Below, piece by piece: positions 27,940-40,826 of a stretch of 64,000 bases of DNA (positions are counted from its first letter, which is position 1; every line of letters starts with the position of its first letter). The DNA comes from Basidiobolus meristosporus CBS 931.73 (taxonomy: Eukaryota > Fungi > Basidiobolomycota): the NCBI GenBank assembly GCA_002104905.1, contig MCFE01000066.1:124001-188000 (forward strand). The letters are read 5' to 3'. Below the pieces are notes generated by a model. The model worked only from the letters and a program-made list of their open reading frames with translations, searched no databases and had not been told where the DNA came from. A program made the position numbers and the translations under genes.

Positions 27940-30900
27940 ATGGTGAAGGATAATATCATCGCTAAGGAGCTAAATACAGGCGAAGGGGAGAATCGCTGGA
28001 AGGTATGCTGCCCGAGTCGCCCTCGTCTTGACCTATGCTCGTGACTGTTCTCTAACCTCCGTTCCTCAGTATCAACCCTTTAAAGCTAGAGTCGAGAAAT
28101 TACACATTGATGTGATCCATCGAGTGCGACCCGTCACGGAGGAACCTGAAGTAAGTGCTTGGTTCCCCTCGAGCACCCACCCAACCTACCCCAACTAACC
28201 GCCTAACGCCAACCAGGATGCCGACACCTTCTTCAACGAAGCCCTGCAGTCCTGGAGGGAACTCAATTGTACGACACACTTTGCGGAGTTTTACGTGAGC
28301 GTAGAGAAATACACACAGAGTCTTGCTCAACTTTTGTATCATAAAGAGAAGGTGGTAGAGATCTTGGAGCAGCACCTGAGTGTTGAGGATAGTTTAGCGT
28401 TGGAGCCGATGTTGAAGTAAGAGGAGTTGGTTTACCCTTTCCCCCGGGAGACGCCCGTTCTTACCGTACTTTCGTGATATTACTAGTTTGGTTACCATGC
28501 TTGCAAAGGATCTCCAAGAAGAGTTCTTCCCTTTTTACGAAAGAATGCTCGCTTGCATCATCCCCCTTGTAAAACATAGAGATGTGAATATTTTAGAGGT
28601 GGGACTTCGTGTGGATCGTTGGTGACCTTGTTGATGTGGTTTCTAACTCACTTGCCTGTCCATTTCTCTAGTGGTCATTTAACGCTATCGCGTACTTGTT
28701 CAAATATTTATCCAAACAACTAGTTGCTGATCTGCGGCCTACATTCCGGTAAGGGTCTGGTTCAATAGGAATCGGCGGCGAACCCTACTAACTCCCACAT
28801 AGCTTACTTTCACCGCTCCTGGGTGAACACCAACAGAAGCCGTACATCCGAGTGTTCGCTGCGGAGTCGTTCTCCTTCCTGATCCGTAAGACAAGAGGGG
28901 ATGATCTGCATAATATTATTTCCCATATGATCACCAGTCTTGTCGGTAATTACAGTGATGATTACTGTCACGGTATAAGTGCTCTGTTGTATGAAGCATC
29001 GAAGGTACGAATCACGCTCCCGTGACTCGCTGGTTAGCCACTAACCCCGGGCTCTTTCCACCGACAGCACGTGAACAATCGCCTTCATTCGCGCGGCATT
29101 AGCATATTGATGGAGCTGCTTACATTCTTGTACCAACGCGAGATTGAGTCGGACGATTTGTGTAAGCAACATTTTTCCTTATCCCGTTGGAGCTCATGTT
29201 AATCCTTTCTTTCCAGACCAAGATCCTTTGTTCAAGTTGGTGATCAACGTTTATACCTTGATCGCGCACTACGTCAAGAAAGAGCACATTTCCCCCGTGT
29301 GGGATCTTATCCTTGGTCAAACCGAGCAGTGTCTCAAGGACATTCAGTCGGGCAAGTCTGAGGAAAGAATCAAGCTGGGCAAGTTGTTGGCGATCATCAA
29401 TTTACTCGTGGCCATCAGAAAAGGAAGCAAGGTTATTGGTAAGTGTCAAGCGAGCTATTCGCTCCTTCTATGGTTTCTAATGGGTGTCCTTCAACGTAGA
29501 TTTCCCTCATGTCCATGCCATTACCGAGAGCGCTTGTAAAGCGTTGCTGGTTGATGCAACTAGCAAATGCCCATCATTTGCTACTGAGGAGTTGCTGAAG
29601 CTTGTGTCATCCACCCTGGTGAAGGGGAAATTAGAAGATACCTTGTCCAAAGGAAAGGTGATCTTGGACATGGTCTTCCAGTATCATGTAAGTGGCTATC
29701 TTTGCATTCCTCATAGAGCCTTTCTAATGTTTGAGGAATTGTAGAACCCCGTTCCCGTGATTTCTTTCTGCTTTGCATTGGCCCGTTTCGAATGGAAGCA
29801 TTACACTCAAATCTTATTGCCATATATCGTGAAGTAGGTTTTCCAAACGCCTGAGCGGCAACTCTTATTCGGAATGAATGCTAACCCGTAGTCACCTAGC
29901 TTCTCCTCTCGTGTCTGGAGCACCAACTCCGTCGAGATCATTCTATTGCTATCGTACCTTATCAAGCACGAGGTCCTGGCCCTTACCGACGGGTTGATCT
30001 CCTCTGTTTTGACACAAGATAGTCGGATCCGATTCCCTAAACTACCCAACAAGGAGCAAGTTTCACTAGCCGATGGGTTGTTGGAGATTGCTCGAAAGGA
30101 TAGGGACTGGTCAAAGGATGTGAAAGACTTTAATGAGATCGACTGCGAAGAGGTAAGCGTCTTATTTAACAGCGCTGGTTTGCATGTGTATTTATTAAGT
30201 ATATCTCCCCTAGTCCAATGAGCTTCTTGATATCACCTTGGTCTCGGCTGCTTTAGATGTCATTCCATTTGTTTCCATGCCATTTGACAAAGCCTTTACC
30301 TCGATCAAAGCCTTGATCGACCAGCTTGTCGCCTTCTTATCATCCGACAAGACCAGCAAGGAGACCATGAAAGGTAGCATTTCCCAAGGAGACTCGGCAC
30401 TTTCCATCGAATCCCTCCTTGGTCACAGTTTATCGGCTCTTGTCATGGTTGCCCAAAAGCACGGTGATAAAGGTGTAGAATCCCTTTCCACCATCATCGA
30501 GTTGGTGCTCAATGAAATCTTGGTTCCTCATGGAACTTGCCAACTCGTTGTCAAGGGAGTGGCTTCTTACATTAGGGCAGTTCGCAACAGGTATGTAAAC
30601 TAGATGAGCAAGAGGCATGATTTGGTGATCGACCATATTTATGATTATTTCTAGTCCCGCCTGCAAGAGCCATCTTTCTGTCAAATCACTGGAGAAGGTG
30701 TACCCTAGTCTGCTATCTAATATCAGCTCTGTGTACCAAAGAAAACGTCTTTATACCTTCGAGGTTTTGAGCATGTTCGAGCAGTTCAAGATGAAGACCA
30801 GTGACAAGGGACAGCTGGAAGAATGCGATGTAAGCCAAATACAAACATTACTTCCACCTCAGGGCAATATTAATAGTTGGCGTTTTTGCACCTCTAGGTA

Positions 30901-33900
30901 TTCAACCAATGTTTGATCATTGAACAAGTTTCCAACGATCTTCAGACCTATCGTGACAAGTTGATGTATGTTCGTCGTGTGGCATTGATGGTAGAGAACG
31001 GCCGGATGCCCGAGTTCTACAAGGAGGTTGCTCCACGCCTTGCACTAGGTAACTACTAAGAGACTCATGAGTATAGCCAACTCCCATTCTAATCTACTTT
31101 TATTGCAGGACTCTTCACCATTAACTTGAGTCTCATCTGGCCTGAGGCGATCGCTCTTGCTGCCAAATTCGCTAAGGTGGATGGACACACCTTCTGGAAT
31201 ATCTTCCATAACGAGTTCTCCAAGTTTGAAGAGGAATCGCGGTTATTGGAGAGCGGTCTGACTCCATCTGCCAACGACGCGTATATGAAATACGTTGCTA
31301 ATATGCACCACTTCGAGGTGGCATTCAAACCGGTAGAAAGTGGCGGTTTGTCATTCAGTTGCCCATCGGTTCAAAAGCTTCATAAAGCCTTCGAGATTGG
31401 CCAGTCCTTTGTGAAAACCGATCTCGCCAAGAGTTTCCTCATGGAGTTCATCTTAATCTGGGAGCCTACCAAAGACCACTTGGACTACTGGAATTATTAC
31501 AGCTTGATCGTCAAGACCTTAGGAGAGGTGCCCCAAATTGCGGAGCAGCATTCTCGAAGCCTGGTCCCTGTTTTCATGAAGTTCGTCAAGGAAGAGTACG
31601 AGGCAGTCTTCGAGCAGATCCAGTTGCACGGACAGAATGCCGAGGAGGACGACGCCGAGATGGACGTGGATGGGGCAGCCAACGAGAAACTTGACAAAGG
31701 ACTGGTGCTGGAGCATTCCACAAAAGCCACCAAGAACAAGATGAACCTTTATTTGCAACTCTTCGCCAAGTTCAAGAATCCCAAGAGCGTGTACAAATCA
31801 GCTGAGCTCAAGACCATTTACCTTTCCCTCCTTGCCAGAGGTGATGCGAAAATCCAACTTTTGGCGCTGGAATGCTTGCTCACCTGGAAAACCCCCCAAG
31901 TCACTCCCTATGCGGATAACTTGAGAAATCTCCTGGACGACATCAAATTCCGTGACGAGCTTTCTACCTTTTCGTTGGATCGGGAGAGTGGTAGTGTTGA
32001 TGCCGCTCACCGTGCGGAGCTCATCCCCTTCCTTGTACGTATTCTTTACGGCCGTATGATCGCCAGGAAAGGCAAGGTCTCTTCCAAGCTCGGAATGGCT
32101 GCCCGTAGAACTGCTGTTCTTCAGACTATAGCTCATTTGGATGAAGAAGAGCTCCACGAGTTTGTGAAGCTGATGCTTGAGCCATTTGAATGCTTGAACT
32201 CAACACCGGGCTTAGTGAACGGAAAATTCGAGCCAGATATGAACTTCAATGTCACTGCCATGGTACCAGTCAGAAAGCAAATCGGTTTCCTTCACAACCT
32301 CGAAGATGTTCTCAAACAGCTGGCTTCGTTCGTTCTTCCGTTTATCCCGGAGCTGTTGAAGGCTGTTCTGTATATGCTCACTGACGCTTCCCGGTCCATG
32401 GATGAGGAAGAACTCGAGGCTATCGATATCCTACATCGAAAGGAGATCAGACAGCTCAGTGTTAAGCGCCTTGGCGGATTCTTTAAGCTCAGCGCCACTT
32501 TTGACTACTTGCCTTACTTGCCATACATTTTCCAAGTTGCAATCACCCCTCGAATTGCCAAGTTTGCCGTTGAGAACTCCCAGGCACCTACTGCCCTCAT
32601 GGACTTATTCGTCATCTGGGCCAAGCGGGTAGAGTATGTCAGCTTCTTGGTTGATTACGATAAGGAGCTCCTGAGGGGTGTCTTCGGATGTTTGTCAGCC
32701 AAGAAGGTTCAAAACTCCGTGATCTCCGTTGTGCTGGAAATCATTGAAGACATCTTGTCCATGTATACAGAGCCCAGCACAAACGAGGAGCAAAATCTTG
32801 CTGAATACATCATCCTGCCTTATGTCGATGATCTGCTGAACAACATTGGCCACATCATTACTGTGGCCAGCGAGAACGTTGCTTTTGGTAAGGACCAATT
32901 CTCCAAGAGACAGATCTTCATTCTATCTCAGATTGCGGCCTATGTTAAGCAAGGAGAGCAAGCACGTCAATTGGTGGATATCTTGCTTCCAAGTCTTAAG
33001 AAGCCAGTCAGAGTGGTGCCCGAAAAAACAAAGGCAGACATTCTGCTTATTATGAAGAACTTCATTCCGCTCATTGCCGAGCTCAAGGAACTTGGGACCT
33101 TGTACACTCGCTATTACTCGTTCATCTCACTCATGTTCTCTACCTTGGAGTCCAGAGATTGTCGTGTACTTTTAGCCGAGGTACTCACAACCTTCTCCTC
33201 CTTTGATCCCAAGCTCAAGCCGGTTGTGGAGCTAATCACCGAGCTCAACTCGTTCTCAGCCACTCGCTTGGATGAGCCCGACTTTGATAGAAGACTGACT
33301 GCTTTCGGGGCCCTTACACAAACCACCTACCTCGAGTTTACACCTGATCAATGGCTTCCCATCTTGCACAATCTCATTTATTTTGTCCAGGATCCGGAGG
33401 AAATGTCCATCCGTAATAATGCATCGTTTGCATTGACCAAATTCGTTGATCGCACCATTGGTATTGAAGACCCCGAGCTCAATGGCAAATTCCACAATTT
33501 GCTCACTCACGTCGTCTTCCCCGCCATCAGAAAGGGCATGAAGTCTCGACAGGAGTTGATCCGAGTAGAGTTCCTCACGATTCTCGCCCACGCAATTAGA
33601 GTTCGTCCTGAGCTCGAGGAGATATCCGACATGGCTTGCCTGCTGGCCGACGGAGATGAGGAAGCCAGTTTCTTCAACAACATCCACCACATCCAGCTTC
33701 ATCGTAGAATTAGAGCTGTCGCCCGTTTGGCTGGAGAATGCCAGGCCGGCAAGATCAAGCCCAACAACATCACGCGAATCTTCATTCCTCTGTTGTCGCA
33801 TTTCATCTTCGAATCTGATACAATCACTGACCACAACCTGATCAACGAGACGGTTACCGCATTGGGTGTGCTTAGCAAGCAGTTGCCTTGGGGCCCTTAC

Positions 33901-36900
33901 TATGCCATGATTAGACAATACCTCAAGCTGATCCCCAAGAAGCCTACACTTGAGAAGATCCTGGTCAGAGTAGTGGTTGCTCTTCTGGAGGACTTCCACT
34001 TCGATCTTACCAATGCTTCGTATGAGCTTCCCAAGCCAGCTAACGAGCCACAAACGGACGCCGCTGCAACCACCCCGGCAGAGCCTGAGGAAGAGGAGGA
34101 GGAGGAGGAGGCTGAAGAGGAGCCAAGCCAGCTAAATCCAAACCAAACACTGGCCTCTCAGCTTAGCCCAGCCACTGCGTCCTACATCTTGAGCGCAGTG
34201 ACCACTCAACTGCTCCCTGACCTTCAAAAATACCTCACCAAACGGGATGATGAGAATGTCAATGTTCGTGTCCCAGTGGCGCTGGCCATCACCAAACTTC
34301 TCAAGTGCCTCCCTGCCAAGGCGCTCCAGACCCATCTCCCAGGCATGTTGACGTCCATCTGCCAAACGCTTCGAAGCCGCTCCCAAGAAACCCGTGACAC
34401 CACTCGCAGCACGCTTGTGAAGATCGCCACCTTCCTTGGACCAAGCTACTTCTCGTTCATCGTGAAGGAGCTCAAGGGAGCCCTTCAAAGGGGATACCAG
34501 CTGCATGTTCTTGGCTACACGCTGCACGCGATTCTGGTCCAGATGGTCCCCGAGTTGAACGTCGGAGATATCGACTACTGCCTGGAGCCCGTGATCGAGA
34601 TCCTGATCGAGGATGTTTTCGGTGAGGTCGGTGTAGAAAAGGAAACTGAGGAGATCACCAACAAGATGAAAGAAGCCAAGACTCACAAGAGCTTCGAATC
34701 CTTTGAGCTGATCGGCCGGATCATCCGATTCAAATCCATCGGAGTATTGCTAGTCCCCTTCAAGGAGATCATGGTTGAGACCGAGAACATCAAGGTCACC
34801 CGTAAGATCGACGAATCGCTTCGTCGTATCTCCGCCGGTATCAACAATAACGCCGAGTTCGACCCTAAGGAGGTGCTCATATTCTGTCACGGTCTGATCT
34901 CCCAGAACCTGAAGCTGTCCCAGGCCAAGAAGGTGGTCAAGAAGGAAAAGACCAACCTGGAGACCAACTTCACCGTGGTGTTGGGCAGGAACCCTGGCTT
35001 CGAGAAGCCCGATTACTTCAACGCCAACGCCCATCGCTTTGTCGAGTTTGGTTTGAGCATTCTTTTGTCTTCACTCAAGAGAAGCAGATTCGATGTGAAA
35101 TCCAAGGAGCATTTGGAGATGCTTGATCCATTCGTGGATGTGGTCGGAAACTCCACCTACTCCAAGCATCAGAGAGTCATCATCTTATCCTTGCGCACCC
35201 TCAGCGTTCTCTGCAAGCTTCCCCTTCCCTCGCTTCAGGAAGGTCTGCCCATCATCGTGAAACGCATCTTCCAGATCATCAAGGGCTCCAGCACCACTCA
35301 CTCGGAATTGGTTCAGACTTGCTTCAAGTTGTTGACCATCGCAATTCGTGATAATGGCACCGTCAATGTTACCGAGAAGCAGCTCACGTTTGTCCTCGAG
35401 CTCGTCCGACCTGATTTGGAGGAGCCAGAGAGACAGAGCACAACCTTCTCTCTAATCAAAGCCATCATCTCCAGGAAGTTCATTGTGGAAGAGGTGTATG
35501 ACATCATGAAGGTCATCTCGGAGATCATGGTGACCAGTCAGTCATCCCAGGTACGAGAGCTTTGCCGACACGTGTACCTTCAATTCCTGCTGGACTATCC
35601 ACAGGGTAAAGGACGTCTTCGTAACCAGATGAACTTCCTAGTCAAGAACCTGGACTATGTGTATGAGAGTGGACGACAATCGGTCATGGAGATGCTCAAC
35701 GTGATCTTCTCCAAATTCGCTGACCAGATCCTGATGGAGTACGCGGAGATGTTTTTCCTGGCCTTGGTCATGTCCATGGTCAACGACGACTCGAACAAGT
35801 GCCGTGAGATGGCCGGCGTGCTGATCAAAAATCTGCTCCTCAGATTGGACTCCACCCGACTGGAGAACGTCTTCGTGCTACTGAATAAGTGGCTCGAGGC
35901 ATCCAGCCAACAGAATCTGCAGCGCGCCTCCATCCAGGTGTATGGCTTGCTGATCGACGCATTTGATGAGAAATCCAAGAAATACATCCCCGAAACACTG
36001 GATCACATCAAGAGCATCCTGGAATACAGTAAGCAGAACATGAACGAAAACGAAGAGGTTGATGAGGACGCCGATATGGAAGTGGAAGTCGAATGGGAGA
36101 CTGGATACTTTGCCCTCTCTACCTTCACCAAGATCGTTCGTAAGTTCCCAGCCATGATCAGCCAGGACACCTCCAGAGAGATTTGGGATCTAGCTACCTC
36201 GCTTCTTTTGCACCCACACAGCTGGGTTCGTTTGTCAACCTGCCGTCTGTTCGGAATCTATTTCACCTATCTCGATCCCAAAACCCTTTCGTTCGCCAAC
36301 ACCACTACCAGAGACTCTTACTTGCGTAAATCGGTGTTGACAGGCATCGCCAACAAGATGTGCCTGCAGCTAAAGAGTGAATATCTGAGTGAGGACTTGG
36401 GAACTCAGTTGGTCAAGAACCTATTCTTCATTGGCAAATGCTTCTACCACGAAGGCAGCCGAGGCGCGGACGAGAAAGATAGTGACCCAGAGCCTGAGGT
36501 GGATAACGCGGAAGAGGACGCGGATGAAGTGAATGATGAGAGCAACCGCAACCGTTCACTGTTCTGGCTGTTCAGAAAACTTTCGTTCGTGGCCAGATCG
36601 GACATTGGTGGAAACAAGGCCACCACTCGTAGAACCTTCATCTTCCAATGGTTTGCCGCCATGGCTAGTTTCATTAAGGCTGACGAGCTGAAGCCATACC
36701 TGATCCCTATTGTGTCACCGATTTACAGAACCGTGAACGACGAAACTAGCAAGGGCAAGGAAGCCGAGGATCTGAGAACCCTCGGCCAAGAGGTTCTGGA
36801 CTTCATTCGCAAGCAGGTGGGTACCACCATCTACCACGAAGTCTACAACCAAGTACGTCAACGGGTAGTGGATATCCGTCGCGAGCGTAAGGCCAAGCGC

Positions 36901-37053
36901 TCATTCCAGGCCATCACCGATCCAGAAGCACACGCTAGACGCAAGATCCAGAAGAACGAGATGAAGAAGAACAGCCGTAAGAAGAAGACTAGCCAGTTCG
37001 CCGCTAGCAAGGAGCGACTCACCGTTGTCAAGAATCGGAATCGTTCCAATTAA
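27940..37053 (+). CDS. UTP20: U3 snoRNP/SSU processome HEAT-repeat protein Utp20
   Basis: N-terminal YQPFKARVEKLHIDVIHRV; 1975-aa terminal exon with QLLALECLLTWK, RGYQLHVLGYTL, QFLLDYPQGKGRL and basic C-terminal tail. Confidence 0.93.
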
Positions 37054-37491
37054 GTGAGTCCACCCCGCGCTCACCCCACCCCAGCTCACTCACCACATGT
37101 TATTTACCGGTTATGCTCGATACTCACTAGCCCTAATGTTGCTTTTTATTGACCCGCTTTTTGTATTAAAATCACTTCTCTTAATAAAGAACTTTTCTCC
37201 CACAATTCCTACGGGTTTGTCGAGGAAGTGGTTGTTAGGTGGGGCCGGATTGCCCATTTGGCCAGGTGCAGATACGTATTTGTAGAGCCAGCAAGCTGTG
37301 GATCATCTACGTGGTTTTGAACAATCCAAAGACACACGGATGGGGAGTGATTCAAGAACAAGGAGATGATTACCGAATGTATTATATGTGTTGATGTAGG
37401 TTGCTATGTGAAAAATCCCGAGGGCTCTCGGCAAGAGACCAGATAGGCCGAAAGTGGCATGCTCCACCGGTGATTTCCGAACGAAACAGGA

Positions 37492-38135
37492 TTAGCTGAC
37501 CTGGATTTTCTTGTGGAATTTAAACATCTTGTTGAACGAAATCCTGAAGCCTTGGGTCTTGACCTTTTTGTAGGAGTCGAGATATTCGATCTGGTGGTTG
37601 TTGAAAGCACCATAACGCTTCTTTCGAATATATTCAACAGCGCTGAGTGCGTCCATGCCATGTTCGATCAATGCAATCGCCACCAAGACTGGCGCACGAC
37701 CTAGACCAGCTACGCAATGAATGGCGATCGTCTCAGGGGCATCCTTACTGCTGGACGGATTCGAACAGGAATCGACTAAACCTAACCAATCCCTAATTAA
37801 GGATGGGGCTGGGATGCCACCATCAGGGAAGGGCCAATCATGAACCTTTATGGCTGCACTAGTCAACGGCTCAGTGTGATAAGTGGGCTCGCAAACGCGC
37901 TATCCATGGATATACAGAGATGTTTAATCATCGAGCCATGCACTTGTCCATGAAGTTAACTTACCACAACGTGGGTCACGTTAAAGTTGTGAAATTCTCG
38001 CAGGTAGAGATGAAGGTTGGAGTCCGTAGGACAATCAAGTATGAGAAACCGAAGACTTCTGTACTCGACGTAGGAGATTACGGCGCTCAGTACTGAACGG
38101 TGCGCTGGAGGATAGGTCGAGTATCTAGGAGCCAT
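37492..38135 (-). CDS. PTP4A: PRL/PTP4A-family protein tyrosine phosphatase
   Basis: Exon 1 ...LRFLILDCPTDSNL...THVV, one intron, then RVCEPTY...DWPFPDGG and the PRL P-loop IHCVAGLGRAPVLVAIALIE. Confidence 0.9.
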
Positions 38136-39579
38136 TTTGGAGGATGGTCGGCTTGCGGATTAGAGGTTGTCTCGAGAGTGGTATGGGATATATGGAATAT
38201 CAACACAGCAGGTAGAGACGGCTGGAGCTGAGGGGAGTGTATCAACTTTGATATATGCGCTGAGAGTTACTAGCATGATATGCTAGCTGGAGACGGCTAG
38301 AGGCTAGTTTATATCTAGCTCAGTGCCAGGTTAAATAGTAGATCAACCTGATGCCTGGAATACGGAGGTTCAACAGGGAAGGAAATGATAGCGATATATT
38401 GGGAACAAACCTATTCCTAGGCTACCTTCCTTCCACGCATGTTAAATGCGATGCCTCTTTTGGTAACCTGTTGTCAATTTCAAGCTAAACACAGAAGCAA
38501 CCTTAGGCAGGCCCACCACAAGCCATCCACACGGAAGTTTGGGTATTGGTTGCGCATATATGTATATATCGTAGCTATTAATCAATGTATACTCTGTATC
38601 AGCAACGCTAATGGATTGATAAGCAAATCGTCCGAGTTTACAGCAGATTGTGAGCAATAATATCCTATGTGCAATAGTCTAGGTATCCCCTACAACCATG
38701 TGTGGTGCTAAGAGTGTCTGGTAGAAGATGTATCCTGGCATAGCGCAATAGGAGCCTGGCTGATAAGTGGGAATCAACATGCAGGACACAATTAATGTAG
38801 CTGCCACCGCAAGCCGAATCACCCTAAACAACGCAGATTCTCCCTTTGCCTGGTATAAGCCGGAGCACTGGAGCCCCTCAGTATATGGAAACCCTGTCAT
38901 ATGAACTCTGTCTATATTTGTGAATAAAAGGGCGCATTCAGTCACCACAGATTTGATGATTGTACTTTCCAGTGTAAATGACCGTGATTTCACACATGCC
39001 ACTCCCAAATAGGATGGAGTCTGGTTGATGTTCCTACCTAAATGGTTAAATGGGATGGATACGTACTTACGTATCATCGTTTACTTCCGGGAAGTATGCT
39101 AGTGGTATCGGTTAGCACCACTAGATAGCGGCATACCTAGTGAAAATCATGGTAACAGGATAGACTTGCAATGCAGCTCAGTATAAAATGCCATATCAAC
39201 TTCGCTAGAGCCACTATACATACATGTATGCTCAGTCATACCAATGCCAGCCTTGTGCTCATGTTTCTTGGGCTTTGCAATGACGTTTGTGGTCTCATAA
39301 CGTGTGAACACCCCGCGTTATAGTGACGATCGTCAATCTCTTGTTCAGCTTCTCGTGGATTTCGTTGGCACTGTTACCTCTGGGAAACAGGTAAGAGGGT
39401 TGATATCAACCAACACAATGCCCCACATCTGCTATCTGCCAGCAGTAATCGAAAGAGCACCAGGTAATATGATGCGAGAAACCGTTGCAAATAACGTGCG
39501 GCTCCTATGTTTATTGATGCTTGGTATGCTATCGACGGATTCTACAGCTAAAGAAATGCAATTTACACGCCATGGAATT

Positions 39580-40031
39580 TTATTCGTCTGGGTTGAATGC
39601 TTTGGGAAGTTGTAGTCCAACGCGGTTGGCGGTCAGATTAAGCCTTTCGTCGGGAGTGATGTTCATGTGAGGGTTGTAACGCTCCAAAAGTTCCTGTTTT
39701 ATGCCCACATCAATACGCATCAAAAGCTGAACCAAATGCACACAAACGTACCTTGTGTTTGCGAGAACTTTCCAGGTAGGTAAGAATGTCCTGGGCATCA
39801 GCTTGGAGTTTAGCTGAAACCTCTGGGGAATTGTTCTCAAGGCGCTCTTTGTAGATGAGCTGAAGCTGCTCCCTCCAGTAGGAGTTGTTGGTCTTTTGAG
39901 TAAGCTGTGAAGGAAAAATCAGTTCATGGTACCACTACTATCGTAGAAGCGTACAGAAGCTTTACCTGTGAATCAACTTCCTGGAGAAGATTTTTGAAAG
40001 TGGAACGTGCAGCAGTAATCACAGAAGCCAT
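39580..40031 (-). CDS. FMC1: Mitochondrial F1-ATPase assembly factor Fmc1 (3 exons: 39966-40031, 39752-39904, 39580-39693; 110 aa)
   Basis: Spliced translation MASVITAARSTFKNLLQEVDSQ...YLESSRKHKELLERYNPHMNITPDERLNLTANRVGLQLPKAFNPDE*; the LLERYNP...ERxxLTAxRVGLxLP motif is Fmc1-like; both introns are GT-AG and preserve frame. Confidence 0.8.
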
Positions 40032-40114
40032 GTTGCCAGTGTCTTGACCAATGGTCACAGGAAGCAAGCTGAGACTATCACTTCATTCCGGGAAAGAAAT
40101 TTTCACAAATGAAG

Positions 40115-40139
40115 CTAACCCTAACCCTAACCCTAACCC
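40115..40139. repeat. Interstitial telomeric repeat (CTAACC)x4
   Basis: CTAACCCTAACCCTAACCCTAACCC, ~85 bp upstream of the FMC1 ATG. Confidence 0.95.
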
Positions 40140-40826
40140 CAGCCTATCAAGGCAACCCTAAATTTTCGAGCTGACCTTGAATTCAGATGGATTTCGATAA
40201 GCACTCGCTGCAGTACATGTATTGTCGAGCTTGGATTGCGGTAGCCAACCTTTGGTTCCACATCCCCTTGTTTCATGGTGTCAAATTGAGTGGCTCTAGT
40301 ATCTCGGTTAGTCGAGATCCACTCATAAATGCATCGCCTTAGCCATGGAATCATCGCTAGATTAAACATGCTTTTCCATATTTATTCTGTTTGGTCACTT
40401 CAACTATGTGTGACCACTCACAATTATCATCAAACCGGTAGATTTCGGCCTGGCTCGTAATAATCAGCAGTTCGAGTTGGAATGTATTAACTCGGATTCA
40501 GAGTATTATTTCGTCTACCCGTTGTCTATTCTTGTCGCCGTCTAATAAAGAGGAAAAGTAGTCTTTAGATCACAAATATCCACACAAGCATATCTAGCTG
40601 TTCGTGATATATTCAAGCTTCTTGTAAGATCTTCTTCAGATTCAGCGCCTCAGTCTTCTCATCTGGTCTTTCTTGACCTCAGTTATAAAACATCCCTTTG
40701 AGGTCGAGTTAAGCGTTTCCCCCCGCTTTCTTTCTATCTGAGTACTACTAAAGGTATCACACACACCTCATCACCGTTGTTTTTTCACTGTCTCGCCCAA
40801 GTTTGTGATACACCGCTATTCTTCCC

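Noticed and set aside
31497-37089. Numerous antisense and alternate-frame ORFs inside UTP20 (also inside the helicase, BCAT and hevein genes)
   Set aside because: Shadow ORFs expected from high third-position GC and repeats; no recognisable motifs.
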